Shown here one piece after another: positions 1 through 10,281 of a DNA stretch of 64,000 nucleotides. The notes under the pieces are model-generated. The model was given only the letters and a program-made list of their open reading frames with translations, was not told the origin of the DNA and did not search any database. The position numbers were made by a program, and so were the translations under genes. Numbering within the stretch: the first letter of the stretch is position 1; each line of letters opens with the position of its first letter. Source of the DNA: Nostoc sp. (lineage in GTDB: Bacteria; Cyanobacteriota; Cyanobacteriia; Cyanobacteriales; Nostocaceae). Where the stretch lies: NCBI RefSeq assembly GCF_036917395.1, contig NZ_JBALDI010000011.1, positions 15,446-79,445 on the forward strand, read 5' to 3'.

Positions 1-214
1 TCTAATAGCTTTCAAGGTAAGCAATAATTGATGTTGATATGCATTTACTTTGCACTCTGCGTGGAGTTATGAAAGTCAGGAGCCAGAATACAAAAGGCTT
101 CTGACTTATGACTCCTAAATTCTATTTCAATATGCTTTTGTTTTTGCTGATTAGCTTAGTCTATTTTAATTGTGCCGATCACGGCGTAGAAATAATGTCA
201 AAGGGAATTATGCG

Positions 215-2374
215 ATGACGACACCAATTGTCAACAGAAGTAATCAATCTGGTCAGTCAAAAAAACCGGAAAGAGCCAATTCGCAGTTACTAGCAAGTAG
301 GCGTTTTGCTGCTTGGGCAACTGAAATCACACTAGTAGTTACCAGTGGGTTGATTCCCTTCGGCATTGGTGTCTATGCCAATTCTAGAAGCGATTTTAAT
401 CGAGTGCCGCTTAACCCCATACTGGTAGTCACCGAAAGAGCGATCGCTAGACCCCTGGCTCTGCCTATGAGCTATGGCATCCGTAACGTAGCATGGCCGA
501 CTAATATTTTGTGGACAATCGCCCTGTTAGCGCCTGTAACTCTCTCGTGGTGGCAATTGTATTTACTCGCTAAGACTGGTAGCACAATTCCTAAACGTTG
601 GTTAAAAGTGCGGGTTGTCAACGAGCAAGGCAAGCCACCCGGATTGGGGGCAGTTGTAATTAGAGAAGGAGTTGGGCGTTGGACTGTACCTATTTCCATC
701 GCCTATCTGCTATGGCGCTACAGCTTTGCTTTTCCTAATTTAGGATTATTCACATTTTTGTCTTTGTTAATGATTGTGGGTGAAGGGATCGGCTTACCAT
801 CGCGCCGGGGGCGTCGCGCACTACATGATCAACTTGCAGGCACTTATACAATAGATGCGGCTCGCCCCTTGCCATCCTCACTCTTAGCTAATAACAGACA
901 AGCTCAGTCTGCTGGCGGTAATGATCAAGCAGAAGAATGGCAGGAGGGAAATGAAGAATTAGCAGCAGCCCAAACCAACCAGTCACCTAATCTATGGCGG
1001 CAGATACAGCAAAATCCTAATCTGACTTTGTTTGGGGTAGGGCTTACAAGCATGACTGCTGTGTTGGCAACTTTAATCGGCACTCAAGTCTATATCCAAA
1101 TTCAACAATCCCAGCGAGCAACTAAGCAAATCAACAGCCAACAGTTCCTCGAACTCGTCAAACAATTGAGTCCCAACTCTGGGGCGACTAACGACCAACG
1201 CCAAAGTGCAATTCTGGCTATGGGTGGTCTTAATGACCCACAGTCCATTAAATTTCTGGCGGATCTCTTAGTTAGCGAAACCAACCCCAGCCTCGTGGAT
1301 ACGATTCAACAAGCTTTGACAACTGTCGGGCCCAAAGCCATCCCGGAACTAAAAAATAAGAATCTGTTTTTGGTGGGGAAACTGGAGTCTGTGGGTAGTA
1401 CTGCAACCCAAGAGCGGGAATTGCGGCAAGGGCGGCTACAAAGAAACCAACGGACGATCAATAAGATTCTCTCTGTTTACAGCGGTAAAATCGAGGGCGT
1501 TGACCTTAGTAGCACCCAATTAGGTCAAAGCGGTACTCCGGGAAGTTCCTTCTTCAACTTGGTACTAGACAACGTTGATTTATCAGGAGTTAAGTTAAAA
1601 TCTGCAAATCTTAACCAAGCCAGTTTGAAGGGTAGCCGCTTCCGGAGTGCGGGTGAGGATGGACGCTGGGATACCTACGACGATGTGATGGCTGATTTAA
1701 GCCAAGCTCAGTTGCAGCAAGCCAATCTTACTGATGCTAACCTTAGTCGCGTCTTGATGAACCGGATCGATTTGAGCCGCGCCACTCTCAACAGAGCTAA
1801 CTTATCCAACGCGCGTCTATTTGACGCTAAACTCAACAGCACCCAACTAGTAGGAGCCGATCTGCGAAACGCAGTTTTGGAAAAAGCCAGCTTGACTGGA
1901 GCAGATTTAGGCGACGCTAAATTGAACGAAGCCAATCTGTACGCTGCGCGTTTAGGTCGCGTCACTGCCATCGGAACACAATTATCCTTTGCCAACTTAA
2001 CTAATACTGATTGGCAAGGGGCAGATTTATCAGGAGCCTATTTGGATCGTGCTAATCTCAGTAATGCTAACCTGAGCGCCACACGTCTGGCTGGTGCTGT
2101 TTTGCGCTTTGCCCAGATGGAAAACGTCAACTTGCAAAATGCCGATCTGAGTCTTGCAGATTTACGAGGGGCAAATGTGGCAGGAGCAGATTTTAAGGGG
2201 GCAATTCTCGCCCCTAGCAAACAAGATCCAGCAGATCAATTTGTCCAAACCCCAGATTTAGGCTCAGTATCTGCCGTAGTCCAAGGCGTTGATTTTGCTC
2301 AAGCCAAAAATTTAGATGCCAAGCAATTGGCGTACATTTGTACTCAAGGAGGCATTCATCCCCGTTGCCCGTAG
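215..2374 (+). CDS. hglK: Membrane-anchored RDD-domain + pentapeptide-repeat protein, probable heterocyst glycolipid localisation protein HglK
   Basis: ATG at 215 preferred over the TTG at 170. N-terminal hydrophobic segments with RDD-like RRFAAW and RRALHDQLAGT motifs; 35 contiguous A(D/N)Lxx pentapeptides (ADLSQ...AILAP); about 720 aa. Architecture matches HglK. Confidence 0.7.
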   Translation: MTTPIVNRSNQSGQSKKPERANSQLLASRRFAAWATEITLVVTSGLIPFGIGVYANSRSDFNRVPLNPILVVTERAIARPLALPMSYGIRNVAWPTNILWTIALLAPVTLSWWQLYLLAKTGSTIPKRWLKVRVVNEQGKPPGLGAVVIREGVGRWTVPISIAYLLWRYSFAFPNLGLFTFLSLLMIVGEGIGLPSRRGRRALHDQLAGTYTIDAARPLPSSLLANNRQAQSAGGNDQAEEWQEGNEELAAAQTNQSPNLWRQIQQNPNLTLFGVGLTSMTAVLATLIGTQVYIQIQQSQRATKQINSQQFLELVKQLSPNSGATNDQRQSAILAMGGLNDPQSIKFLADLLVSETNPSLVDTIQQALTTVGPKAIPELKNKNLFLVGKLESVGSTATQERELRQGRLQRNQRTINKILSVYSGKIEGVDLSSTQLGQSGTPGSSFFNLVLDNVDLSGVKLKSANLNQASLKGSRFRSAGEDGRWDTYDDVMADLSQAQLQQANLTDANLSRVLMNRIDLSRATLNRANLSNARLFDAKLNSTQLVGADLRNAVLEKASLTGADLGDAKLNEANLYAARLGRVTAIGTQLSFANLTNTDWQGADLSGAYLDRANLSNANLSATRLAGAVLRFAQMENVNLQNADLSLADLRGANVAGADFKGAILAPSKQDPADQFVQTPDLGSVSAVVQGVDFAQAKNLDAKQLAYICTQGGIHPRCP
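440..447. repeat. HIP1 octamer GCGATCGC (example; frequent throughout the window)
   Basis: Also at 2964, 20877, 49186, 49514 and many other positions. Confidence 0.95.
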
Positions 2375-2510
2375 AATGGAGGGGGTAGGGGATCTGGGGA
2401 GCAGAGGGGCAGGGGGAGCAGGGGAGGCTGAGGGAGAGGAAGAGTTTTCCCAATGCCCCATGCCCTGTTTGTCTAATGCCTAATAACAAAATGGTGTGAG
2501 GAGTTCGGTT

Positions 2511-3002
2511 ATGAAGTATATTCCATATTTGGTTTCAGTTTTAGGAGCTGGCTTGGTCTTGAGTCTGGCGAGTACTAAACCAGCACAAGCTCAGGTAGCC
2601 TATGGCAGTTATATCGGAATAGGCCCCAGTATTGGTTTTACTGATGGTATCCAATTCGGGGGGGTTATAGCGGGACGCTACAAGCTTTTGGAAGCGCCAA
2701 TTTCACTCCGTGCCCAAGTGTTAATTGGTAATAATACGGCAGTTGTACCAACGGTTTCTTACGATTTCCCCCTTAATTGGCAGGCTGATGTCTACCTGGG
2801 TGCTGGGTTAGTATTGGCTGGTGGTGGTGGTTCTTCTCCTGTGGGGGACAAAATTAGCTTTGCTTTACAACCGGGCATTGATTATATGATCCCAAATAGC
2901 AATACTGTCCTTTTTGGCAACGCCATCATTGCTTTTGATGCCTACCGTGACAGCGGTGGTACAGCGATCGCCGTACAAGGTGGTGTTGGTTTGAGATTTT
3001 AA
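2511..3002 (+). CDS. Secreted/outer-membrane beta-barrel-like hypothetical protein
   Basis: GAGGAG RBS at 2498-2503; signal peptide ending AQA; alternating hydrophobic beta pattern; C-terminal Phe (GGVGLRF). Confidence 0.65.
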   Translation: MKYIPYLVSVLGAGLVLSLASTKPAQAQVAYGSYIGIGPSIGFTDGIQFGGVIAGRYKLLEAPISLRAQVLIGNNTAVVPTVSYDFPLNWQADVYLGAGLVLAGGGGSSPVGDKISFALQPGIDYMIPNSNTVLFGNAIIAFDAYRDSGGTAIAVQGGVGLRF

Positions 3003-3141
3003 TGGGCAGATGAAAACCCTAGAGCGATCGCTATCCCTAAAAAGCGTTAAACTTCATTGCAAATTCATAAGTTAGTCCAAACAACGTGATAGTTTTTGGT
3101 TATTGAAGAGAGACAGCACAGGATTAACACAGGAGAACACA

Positions 3142-3354
3142 GTGGCAATGGAATCAAATTTATTAACAAATGCGGGCGCAGATGAAGTGAATCAAGATTT
3201 CAGTGAATATGTGGCCAACCTGCAACTTCATATGACTCTGCAAGCTCGCAATCTTGTTCCAACCCTGAAGCAAACACTGGTAGATAGTCGCCAGCAATTA
3301 CTCCATCAAACCCAAGCCCACTTTGAAAAGCTAGTTTCTCGACAAGGGCTGTAA
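3142..3354 (+). CDS. Small conserved-type cyanobacterial hypothetical protein
   Basis: AGGAGA RBS at 3131-3136 before GTG 3142/ATG 3148; helical 70-aa ORF co-oriented with its neighbours. Confidence 0.55.
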   Translation: MAMESNLLTNAGADEVNQDFSEYVANLQLHMTLQARNLVPTLKQTLVDSRQQLLHQTQAHFEKLVSRQGL

Positions 3355-3558
3355 ATATATACAAATTTTAATCAAAATTCAAATAAAATAAAGGCAGATG
3401 TTGTTGGGTCAATGCCAATGGTGTTCTCACAAAATCTGCTTTTTCTGCTTTTTTAAGTATTAAGTTACTAAAATCACCCTTTTGGCGCAATAGTAAGGGG
3501 CAGAAACTAGTTAATATTATTGCAGCAGTTTCTTTGAAGAGCAGTTAGTTAAGGCTGA

Positions 3559-4815
3559 ATGGCGGCTCGAATTAAAATGACTTCATTACTTCCCCGAAAC
3601 CTCAGCGTTGTTATCCGACCAGTCCAATACCGGGATCTGGACGGGATTGAGCGCATAACTCAAGAGTCATTCGCAGCCCATACTCCCCAAGGAGGAGGTT
3701 TTGCTATAAGCCAGATGCAAAGGCTACGTCGCTGGTATGGATTACTCAAATTTTTGAGTTGGTTTCCTAACCCGCTACAGTATCGCCTCTGTGCCTATGT
3801 AGCAGAGCAAGGGCGGATGCTTGTAGGGATGATTCAAGTGTCACCGTTTAACCGGACACGCAGCACTTGGCGCATTGATCAAGTCTTGTTAGAGCGTGGT
3901 GTCGATAAACAAGGAATTGGCTCGCAACTTTTGCGTCATTGCTTTGAATCGATTTTGGAAGCTCGCACTTGGCTACTGGAAGTTAATATCAACGATATTG
4001 AGGCGCTGGCACTATATCGGCAAAATGGATTTCAGCGTCTGGCAGAAATGACGTACTGGGAAATTGGGCCAGAATTACTGGCTGAATTGACACAAGCAGA
4101 GCCAGATTTACCCAATCTCTTACCAGTGAGTAATGCTGATGCCCAGTTGCTGTATCAACTAGATACGGCATCTATGCCACCTCTGGTACGTCAGGTTTTT
4201 GACCGCAATACCCGCGATTTTAAAACCAGCTTGTTTGGTGCTTTAACTGATGCAGTCAAGCAATGGCTGACCAAAACAGAAGTAGTCAGTGGTTACGTAT
4301 TTGAACCCCAACGCAAAGCTGCGATCGGCTATTTTCAGGTGCAACTTGACCGTAAGGGTGAAGTTCCCCACGTGGCAACGCTGACGGTTCATCCTGCTTA
4401 CACCTGGCTGTATCCAGAGTTACTATCTCAACTGGCTCGGATTGCTCAAGATTTTCCCCAGCAAGGGTTACAACTAGCTTCTTCAGACTACCAGGCAGAG
4501 CGAGAAGAGTATTTGGAACAAATTGGAGCAAAACGCATAGAACACACATTAGTTATGTCTCGCTCTGTGTGGCACAAGCTACGGGAGTCTAAATTTGTCT
4601 CCTTAGAAGGAATTCAGTGGACTGATATGCTGCAAGGTTTACAACCGTCCCGTAAAGCGATACCAGGCGGGATGTCATGGATACAACCAGGAAAGCTGCC
4701 ATCGTCAGAGAAACCACTACCAAGCAAGTCAGAAACGATTAACTTTTCGGTAAAAAACCCTAGCATGGAAGCATCGCCGATTCCTGAATCAGCAGATGCA
4801 CAGCAGGAGAATTAG
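3559..4815 (+). CDS. GNAT-family N-acetyltransferase
   Basis: GNAT motif A (VDKQGIGSQLL) and LEVNINDIEALALYRQNGF. Confidence 0.85.
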   Translation: MAARIKMTSLLPRNLSVVIRPVQYRDLDGIERITQESFAAHTPQGGGFAISQMQRLRRWYGLLKFLSWFPNPLQYRLCAYVAEQGRMLVGMIQVSPFNRTRSTWRIDQVLLERGVDKQGIGSQLLRHCFESILEARTWLLEVNINDIEALALYRQNGFQRLAEMTYWEIGPELLAELTQAEPDLPNLLPVSNADAQLLYQLDTASMPPLVRQVFDRNTRDFKTSLFGALTDAVKQWLTKTEVVSGYVFEPQRKAAIGYFQVQLDRKGEVPHVATLTVHPAYTWLYPELLSQLARIAQDFPQQGLQLASSDYQAEREEYLEQIGAKRIEHTLVMSRSVWHKLRESKFVSLEGIQWTDMLQGLQPSRKAIPGGMSWIQPGKLPSSEKPLPSKSETINFSVKNPSMEASPIPESADAQQEN

Positions 4816-4816
4816 T

Positions 4817-5293
4817 GTGATATCCCAAGAGCAACCAAAACCGTTTATTTCAGCGTTGGGACTAGATTTCGGTCGCAAGCGGATTGGAGTAGCAGGGTGC
4901 GATCGCACGGGTTTAATTGCCACGGGGATCACCACAATTGATCGTACATCTTTTGATCAGGATGTCCAGCAAATCCGGCAAATAGTTAATCAACGTGAGG
5001 TGCAAATCCTAGTTATGGGCTTACCTTATTCAATGGATGGCTCAATAGGATTTCAGGCACGTCAAGTTCAGAAATTTACTACAAGACTTGCTAGAGCACT
5101 GAAACTGCCTGTGGAATATGTGGATGAGCGATTAACTTCATTTCAAGCAGAGCAACTGCTGATAGCTGAGAACCGCTCCCCGTCACGCCATAAAGGTTTG
5201 ATTGACCGCAAGGCAGCCGCTTTGATTTTACAACAATGGCTAGATGTTAAGCGTGCTAAATCCCGCAGTATAGTGGCGGCTATTGAGTATTGA
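4817..5293 (+). CDS. ruvX: Holliday junction resolvase-like / pre-16S rRNA nuclease YqgF
   Basis: LGLDFGRKRIGVA, VDERLTS and IDRKAAALILQQWL motifs; GTG start after AGGAGA. Confidence 0.92.
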   Translation: MISQEQPKPFISALGLDFGRKRIGVAGCDRTGLIATGITTIDRTSFDQDVQQIRQIVNQREVQILVMGLPYSMDGSIGFQARQVQKFTTRLARALKLPVEYVDERLTSFQAEQLLIAENRSPSRHKGLIDRKAAALILQQWLDVKRAKSRSIVAAIEY

Positions 5294-5436
5294 TACCTTT
5301 TAACATGATATTCTGAAAACGATTAGCCAGCAGTTGTATCTACGTATAAAGCTATTTGATTGACATATTATATGTCATTAAATAGTTAAGCGATTTCCAA
5401 ACTTGCTGATATTTATTAAATTTCTACATTTCGGCT

Positions 5437-6009
5437 ATGTTTTCCTCTCCATTCCCTGAAGAAAATGATAACGCTCATGCGGGTTCCATCACTTTAACCG
5501 ATGACAAAGGGCGATCGCTCGAATGTTACATAGAGCATTCCCTGGAGGTAGATGGACAAGAATACGTTTTGCTTCTTCCTGTAGACTCACCTGTAGAAAT
5601 TTTTTCTTGGGAAGGTGACGGTGAGGAAGAAGAAGCGGTTCTGGTAGAAGATGACACCACCATTGATAAAATTTTTGCTAATGCCCAAGCTGTACTATCT
5701 GAGCAGAACCTGATACTGAAGAACACAGCATACGCTTTGACAGTTGCAGGTGATTTACCTCCAGTTGAAGAATCAGAACTCTTCACCTTAGAAATCGAAG
5801 ACGAAGAGGCAGATTTAGAGCCAGAGCAATTACAGCTACTCGCAAGCTTCTATGATGAAGATCAGGAGTATGCAATTTATACACCCCTCGATCCCCTGTT
5901 GTTTTTTGCACGGATAGCAAAAACAGGTGAACCTGAATTACTCTCTCCAGAGGAGTTTCGCCAAGTGCAACCTCTGTTAGAGGAACATCTTTTTAATGAA
6001 GTGGAATAA
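5437..6009 (+). CDS. DUF3727/DUF1292-type acidic protein
   Basis: Highly acidic; usual position after ruvX in cyanobacteria; EYAIYTPLDPLLFFAR motif. Confidence 0.75.
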   Translation: MFSSPFPEENDNAHAGSITLTDDKGRSLECYIEHSLEVDGQEYVLLLPVDSPVEIFSWEGDGEEEEAVLVEDDTTIDKIFANAQAVLSEQNLILKNTAYALTVAGDLPPVEESELFTLEIEDEEADLEPEQLQLLASFYDEDQEYAIYTPLDPLLFFARIAKTGEPELLSPEEFRQVQPLLEEHLFNEVE

Positions 6010-6310
6010 GATTAAAAATTCAAAATGAAAATGTAACATTTTGAATTTTTTCATTGAGAATTTTCATTGTAATCAAAATCTACTTAAACCTTTTAACATG
6101 TCCCATTAAATGTGGAAGCAATGAAACATTGATATAAAATTGGGATAATTTGTGTTCTTTAAGATTCTGAAAAAAGCATTTTGGCAAGGATTTTCAATCT
6201 AAAATTCAAAATCGTTCGAGTGAGCGTAGCCGTACCCCTCCGGGGAAGCAAGCTACGCGTAGCGTTCCGCAGGAAAGTCCAAAATCCAAAATTGGTATGA
6301 GGTGTTGAAA

Positions 6311-6937
6311 ATGGCTTATAGCGACTTTACATTAAGTAAATTTAAAAAGTCATTTAGCATCCGTATTGATGAAGAAACTGATTTATGTGCCGACATAGAA
6401 CCTTTACAGCCAAGCGAGAAACTCACAAATTCCTTAGAAGAAACTACAGAACTCGCTTTAGCAATTAATACTGAAAAAGCGCGTTCAGAAATGATTATCA
6501 TTCCGATATTGTTGGAGGTAAGGCGCAGGGCTAATTATGCAATTAGTTTATTTTCAGGAACAGATTTTAATGTAGATGTAGAAAAAGGTCTGAATGGCTA
6601 TTGTGACTTTATTATCAGTCGTTCTAAAGAGCAACTAACAATTAATGTGCCTGTGGTAGTTATTATTGAAGCCAAAAATGAAAATATTAAAGGTGGATTA
6701 GGTCAATGTGCGGCCGCAATGTTGGCAGCACAATTGTTTAATCAACAAGAAGGAAATGAAATCAGAAAAATTTATGGCGCGGTAACAACAGGGGATATTT
6801 GGAAGTTTTTGAAGTTAGAAGAAAATAATATATTTATTGATTTGAGTAATTATTACATCAAAGAGATAGATAAGATTTTAGGGATTTTATCTCAAAGTGT
6901 TCAGGGAGATATTCCAGCATGGAGTTCGATTAACTAA
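6311..6937 (+). CDS. PD-(D/E)XK-fold hypothetical protein (cyanobacterial expanded family)
   Basis: GYCDF...IIEAKNEN catalytic-like motif, GLGQCAAAMLAAQLFN and YGAVTTGDIWKFL. Confidence 0.7.
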   Translation: MAYSDFTLSKFKKSFSIRIDEETDLCADIEPLQPSEKLTNSLEETTELALAINTEKARSEMIIIPILLEVRRRANYAISLFSGTDFNVDVEKGLNGYCDFIISRSKEQLTINVPVVVIIEAKNENIKGGLGQCAAAMLAAQLFNQQEGNEIRKIYGAVTTGDIWKFLKLEENNIFIDLSNYYIKEIDKILGILSQSVQGDIPAWSSIN

Positions 6938-6990
6938 ACTATATTGGGTTATGCTCATTTGTCTGAGCTATCTACATTTGACTGTTGACT

Positions 6991-7530
6991 ATGATCTGGA
7001 ACAATCTTTTACAGCCTGACTTGATTTTAGAGGGTTCAGTGTTGAACCTAACACCAGATATTATCCAAAAATACGGACTGAAGGGGCTGGTATTGGATGT
7101 AGATGAAACCTTAGTACCCTTTAAAGTAGGGGTGGCTTCACCAGAACTACAACGCTGGGTAGAGGAAATTCGTGCCTGTACTGCATTGTGCTTGGTGAGT
7201 AACAACCTCAGTGAAGCGCGAATTGGTGGAATTGCGCGATCGCTCAACCTACCTTACTACTTAGGTGCAGCCAAGCCTTCCCGACGCAAAATTAGGGCAG
7301 CACTTAGGGCAATGGATCTACCAGTGCATCAAGTAGGGATGGTAGGCGATCGCTTATTTACTGATGTTTTAGCAGGTAATCGCTTGGGGATGTTTACTAT
7401 TTTAGTCGAACCGATTGTTCATGCAGATGCAGCTCTGCGTTCTCATCCCGTCCGCAACTTTGAAGTTTGGATATCTGAAATTCTCGGAGTCTCTATTACC
7501 CCCAAGAAAACCAAGATTCACAAAAGTTGA
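6991..7530 (+). CDS. yqeG: YqeG family HAD IIIA phosphatase
   Basis: LDVDETL (HAD motif I), VSNN, AAKP and VGDRLFTDVLAGNRLG. Confidence 0.88.
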   Translation: MIWNNLLQPDLILEGSVLNLTPDIIQKYGLKGLVLDVDETLVPFKVGVASPELQRWVEEIRACTALCLVSNNLSEARIGGIARSLNLPYYLGAAKPSRRKIRAALRAMDLPVHQVGMVGDRLFTDVLAGNRLGMFTILVEPIVHADAALRSHPVRNFEVWISEILGVSITPKKTKIHKS

Positions 7531-7747
7531 GAAATCGTCAGGAAAGTAAATCTAAAGAAATGATTAAGGAATCTTACTGGAACCAAAAAATCGGGGATCA
7601 TAAGTATTAATAACATGGGTTCAGCCAAAAAAGATTCTAAATCATACTAAATAAATATACACCCGTAAAGCGTCAGCCTTCACTATAGAAGGATTGGCGC
7701 TTTACAATTTTGGATTTTAGATTTTGGATTTTGGATTGAATCTAAAA

Positions 7748-7860
7748 TAGACTTCTCTATGGGTGGATTTAAAGCCTAAAAGGCTGTTTCCATAGGCTTT
7801 AGTTTGTTCGCGTAGCGTGTGACTTGGGGCAAGTCTAAAAAAACTTATGCAAGATGTCTA
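7748..7860. mobile_element. Degenerate MITE-like remnant flanked by STRR heptamer tracts
   Basis: Imperfect terminal inverted repeats (TAGAC...GTCTA); flanked by (TTTTGGA/TTTTAGA)n and (AAAATCT)n. Confidence 0.3.
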
Positions 7861-7896
7861 ATCTAAAATCTAAAATCTAAAATCTAAAATTGAAAG

Positions 7897-9006
7897 ATGT
7901 CACTAACAATTGTTGTCAAAATCGGCACTTCTAGCCTAACTCAACCAGAAACAGGACAATTAGCACTTTCTACCATCGCCACTTTGGCGGAAACACTCTG
8001 TCATTTAAGACGACAGGGACATCGAGTGATTTTGGTTTCTTCTGGTGCTGTGGGGGTGGGATGTGCGCGGTTGGGCTTAACCGAACGTCCCAAGGCGATC
8101 GCTCTAAAACAGGCTGTAGCAGCAGTTGGACAAGGTAGATTAATCCGGGTATACGATGATTTATTTACTACTTTAGAACAGCCAATTGCTCAAGTATTAC
8201 TGACTCGTACTGACTTGGTACAGCGTAGCCGCTATCTTAATGTATACAATACTTTTAAGGAATTACTGGGACTGGGAGTGATTCCTATAGTTAATGAAAA
8301 TGATACCGTAGCAATAGAGGAACTAAAATTTGGCGACAATGACACCCTTTCGGCATTGGTTGCCAGTTTAGTAAAAGCAGATTGGCTATTTTTGCTCACC
8401 GATGTTGATAGGTTGTACTCAGCTGATCCGCGTTCCGTGCCAGATGCTCAACCGATCGCTTTAGTTAGTAGCATTAAAGAATTGGCTCAATTACAGATAC
8501 AAACAAGTTCCCAAGGTTCTCAGTGGGGTACTGGCGGTATGGTGACAAAAATTTCGGCTGCAAGGATTGCCATTGCTGCTGGAGTGCGGACTGTAATTAC
8601 CCAAGGGCGATTTCCCCGAAATATAGAAAAAATTATTCAAGGTGAACTTATTGGGACGCATTTTGAACCGCAACCTGAACCAACTTCTGCGCGTAAACGT
8701 TGGATAGCTTACGGTCTTCTACCTGCGGGTAAATTGTATTTAGATGAAGGTGCGATCGCTGCGATTTCTCTAGCGGGGAAATCGTTATTAGCAGCTGGAA
8801 TTAAGACAGTAGAAGGAAAGTTTGACGCACAAGACGCTGTGCAATTGTGTGACATCAACGGTAACGAAATTGGTAGAGGACTTGTGAATTACAACAGCAA
8901 TGAACTGCAAAAGATTTGTGGACATCATTCACGGGAAATTTCGACAATTTTAGGTTATGCCGGTGTAGAAACTGTGATTCACCGGGATAATTTGGTTTTG
9001 ACTTAA
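7897..9006 (+). CDS. proB: Glutamate 5-kinase
   Basis: [29 protein letters not shown] and GTGGMVTK motifs; C-terminal PUA domain. Confidence 0.97.
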   Translation: MSLTIVVKIGTSSLTQPETGQLALSTIATLAETLCHLRRQGHRVILVSSGAVGVGCARLGLTERPKAIALKQAVAAVGQGRLIRVYDDLFTTLEQPIAQVLLTRTDLVQRSRYLNVYNTFKELLGLGVIPIVNENDTVAIEELKFGDNDTLSALVASLVKADWLFLLTDVDRLYSADPRSVPDAQPIALVSSIKELAQLQIQTSSQGSQWGTGGMVTKISAARIAIAAGVRTVITQGRFPRNIEKIIQGELIGTHFEPQPEPTSARKRWIAYGLLPAGKLYLDEGAIAAISLAGKSLLAAGIKTVEGKFDAQDAVQLCDINGNEIGRGLVNYNSNELQKICGHHSREISTILGYAGVETVIHRDNLVLT

Positions 9007-9058
9007 GATGGAAATAAGATAAATTTCGTGACTACTAACTGGGAGAGTAAAAAATATT

Positions 9059-9649
9059 ATGACTCAAACGTTAGAAAATATTATTAACTTACCAGAAGAA
9101 CAACGCTTCTTCCGGCATGGATTAACTTGGGAACAGTTCAAAGCGATTCAAGCCAGCTTTGAAAATGTACCAGGGGTGCGGCTGTTTTATTGTGAGGGAA
9201 TTTTAGAAATTGTGAGTATTGGTAAGCCTCATGAGGCGATTAAGTGTTTAATTGCTGCACTGTTGATTACTTATTTTGAAGTCAAGGGGATTGAATTTTT
9301 CCCCAGTGGGAGTTTTAGCCAGATTATTCCCAAGATAGTAGAATATCAAGCAGACTTATCTTATTGCTTTGGAACCGACAAAGCTGTACCAGACCTCTGC
9401 ATTGAAGTAGTGATTACTAGCGGTAGTCCCATAAAGTTACAGAAGTACAAATTAATGCTAGTCCCAGAAGTTTGGTTTTGGGAAGATGGTACAATTGAAG
9501 TTTATCGGTTACGAGAACAAGAATATGAAAAAGTTGTTAATAGTGAGTTGCTAGGAGAATTAGATTTATCCCTGCTCAATCATTGTCTTTTTATATCATC
9601 TCCCTTGCAAGCAATTAGAGAGTTTCGCCAGGGCATTCAACAAATGTAG
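9059..9649 (+). CDS. Uma2 family (DUF820) putative endonuclease
   Basis: TWEQFKAI N-terminus, PDLCIEVVITS and VPEVWFWED motifs. Confidence 0.88.
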   Translation: MTQTLENIINLPEEQRFFRHGLTWEQFKAIQASFENVPGVRLFYCEGILEIVSIGKPHEAIKCLIAALLITYFEVKGIEFFPSGSFSQIIPKIVEYQADLSYCFGTDKAVPDLCIEVVITSGSPIKLQKYKLMLVPEVWFWEDGTIEVYRLREQEYEKVVNSELLGELDLSLLNHCLFISSPLQAIREFRQGIQQM

Positions 9650-9769
9650 ACTGAGATTTTTCACTCTGCTTGACTACGTTCAGAATGACATCTATCTATA
9701 TCGCTACGAATTAATGCAAAGCTGTACTAAGTTGTGTATGCCGAACCATTGTCAACTTGGATTGGATGG

Positions 9770-10234
9770 TTATACGGGTGCTTGCTCAATTTGTTTCAGT
9801 AACTCCGCCTCAGATAGCACACTCTCACGAAATCTATTGTCTGTCAACGCTTTTTCAATTCCAGGGAACACTCCCCAACGGCTGTCCCAGTGTTTAACCA
9901 TTGCCCTAACATCGTCTAATGTGTATAAGGGAGACATAAAATTTTCAACTTTCAGTCCTTTAGTTTTTCTGGACTTTGCCCAAGCTTGACAAAAGGCTCT
10001 GTTGAAATCATGGCCATGAATCCCCCTATGAGTTGATCTCAAAGCATTTTCACACCATGCAAAGTGATAGGGCTTATCTACTAAAAGCTCTGCAAAGCCT
10101 TCAAGTACTTTTATACAAAGGCGTTTTTCCACTCCTGCCAGAAGTCCAAGAAAAGATAATTCAGATGTGTTGTATTCAACGCAACTAAAATAAAGTTATT
10201 CAATGATTTCTTGAATAATTTCTCGTTCAGCCAT
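9770..10234 (-). pseudogene. Hypothetical protein with premature stop at codon 13
   Basis: ATG at 10234 reads MAEREIIQEIIE*LYFSCVEY... in frame with the 120-aa ORF 9770-10132; TAA at 10196-10198. Confidence 0.55.
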
Positions 10235-10281
10235 AAAATTTTGTAGAAACTGTAGCTGCATTAAATATTTTACAGCAGATG

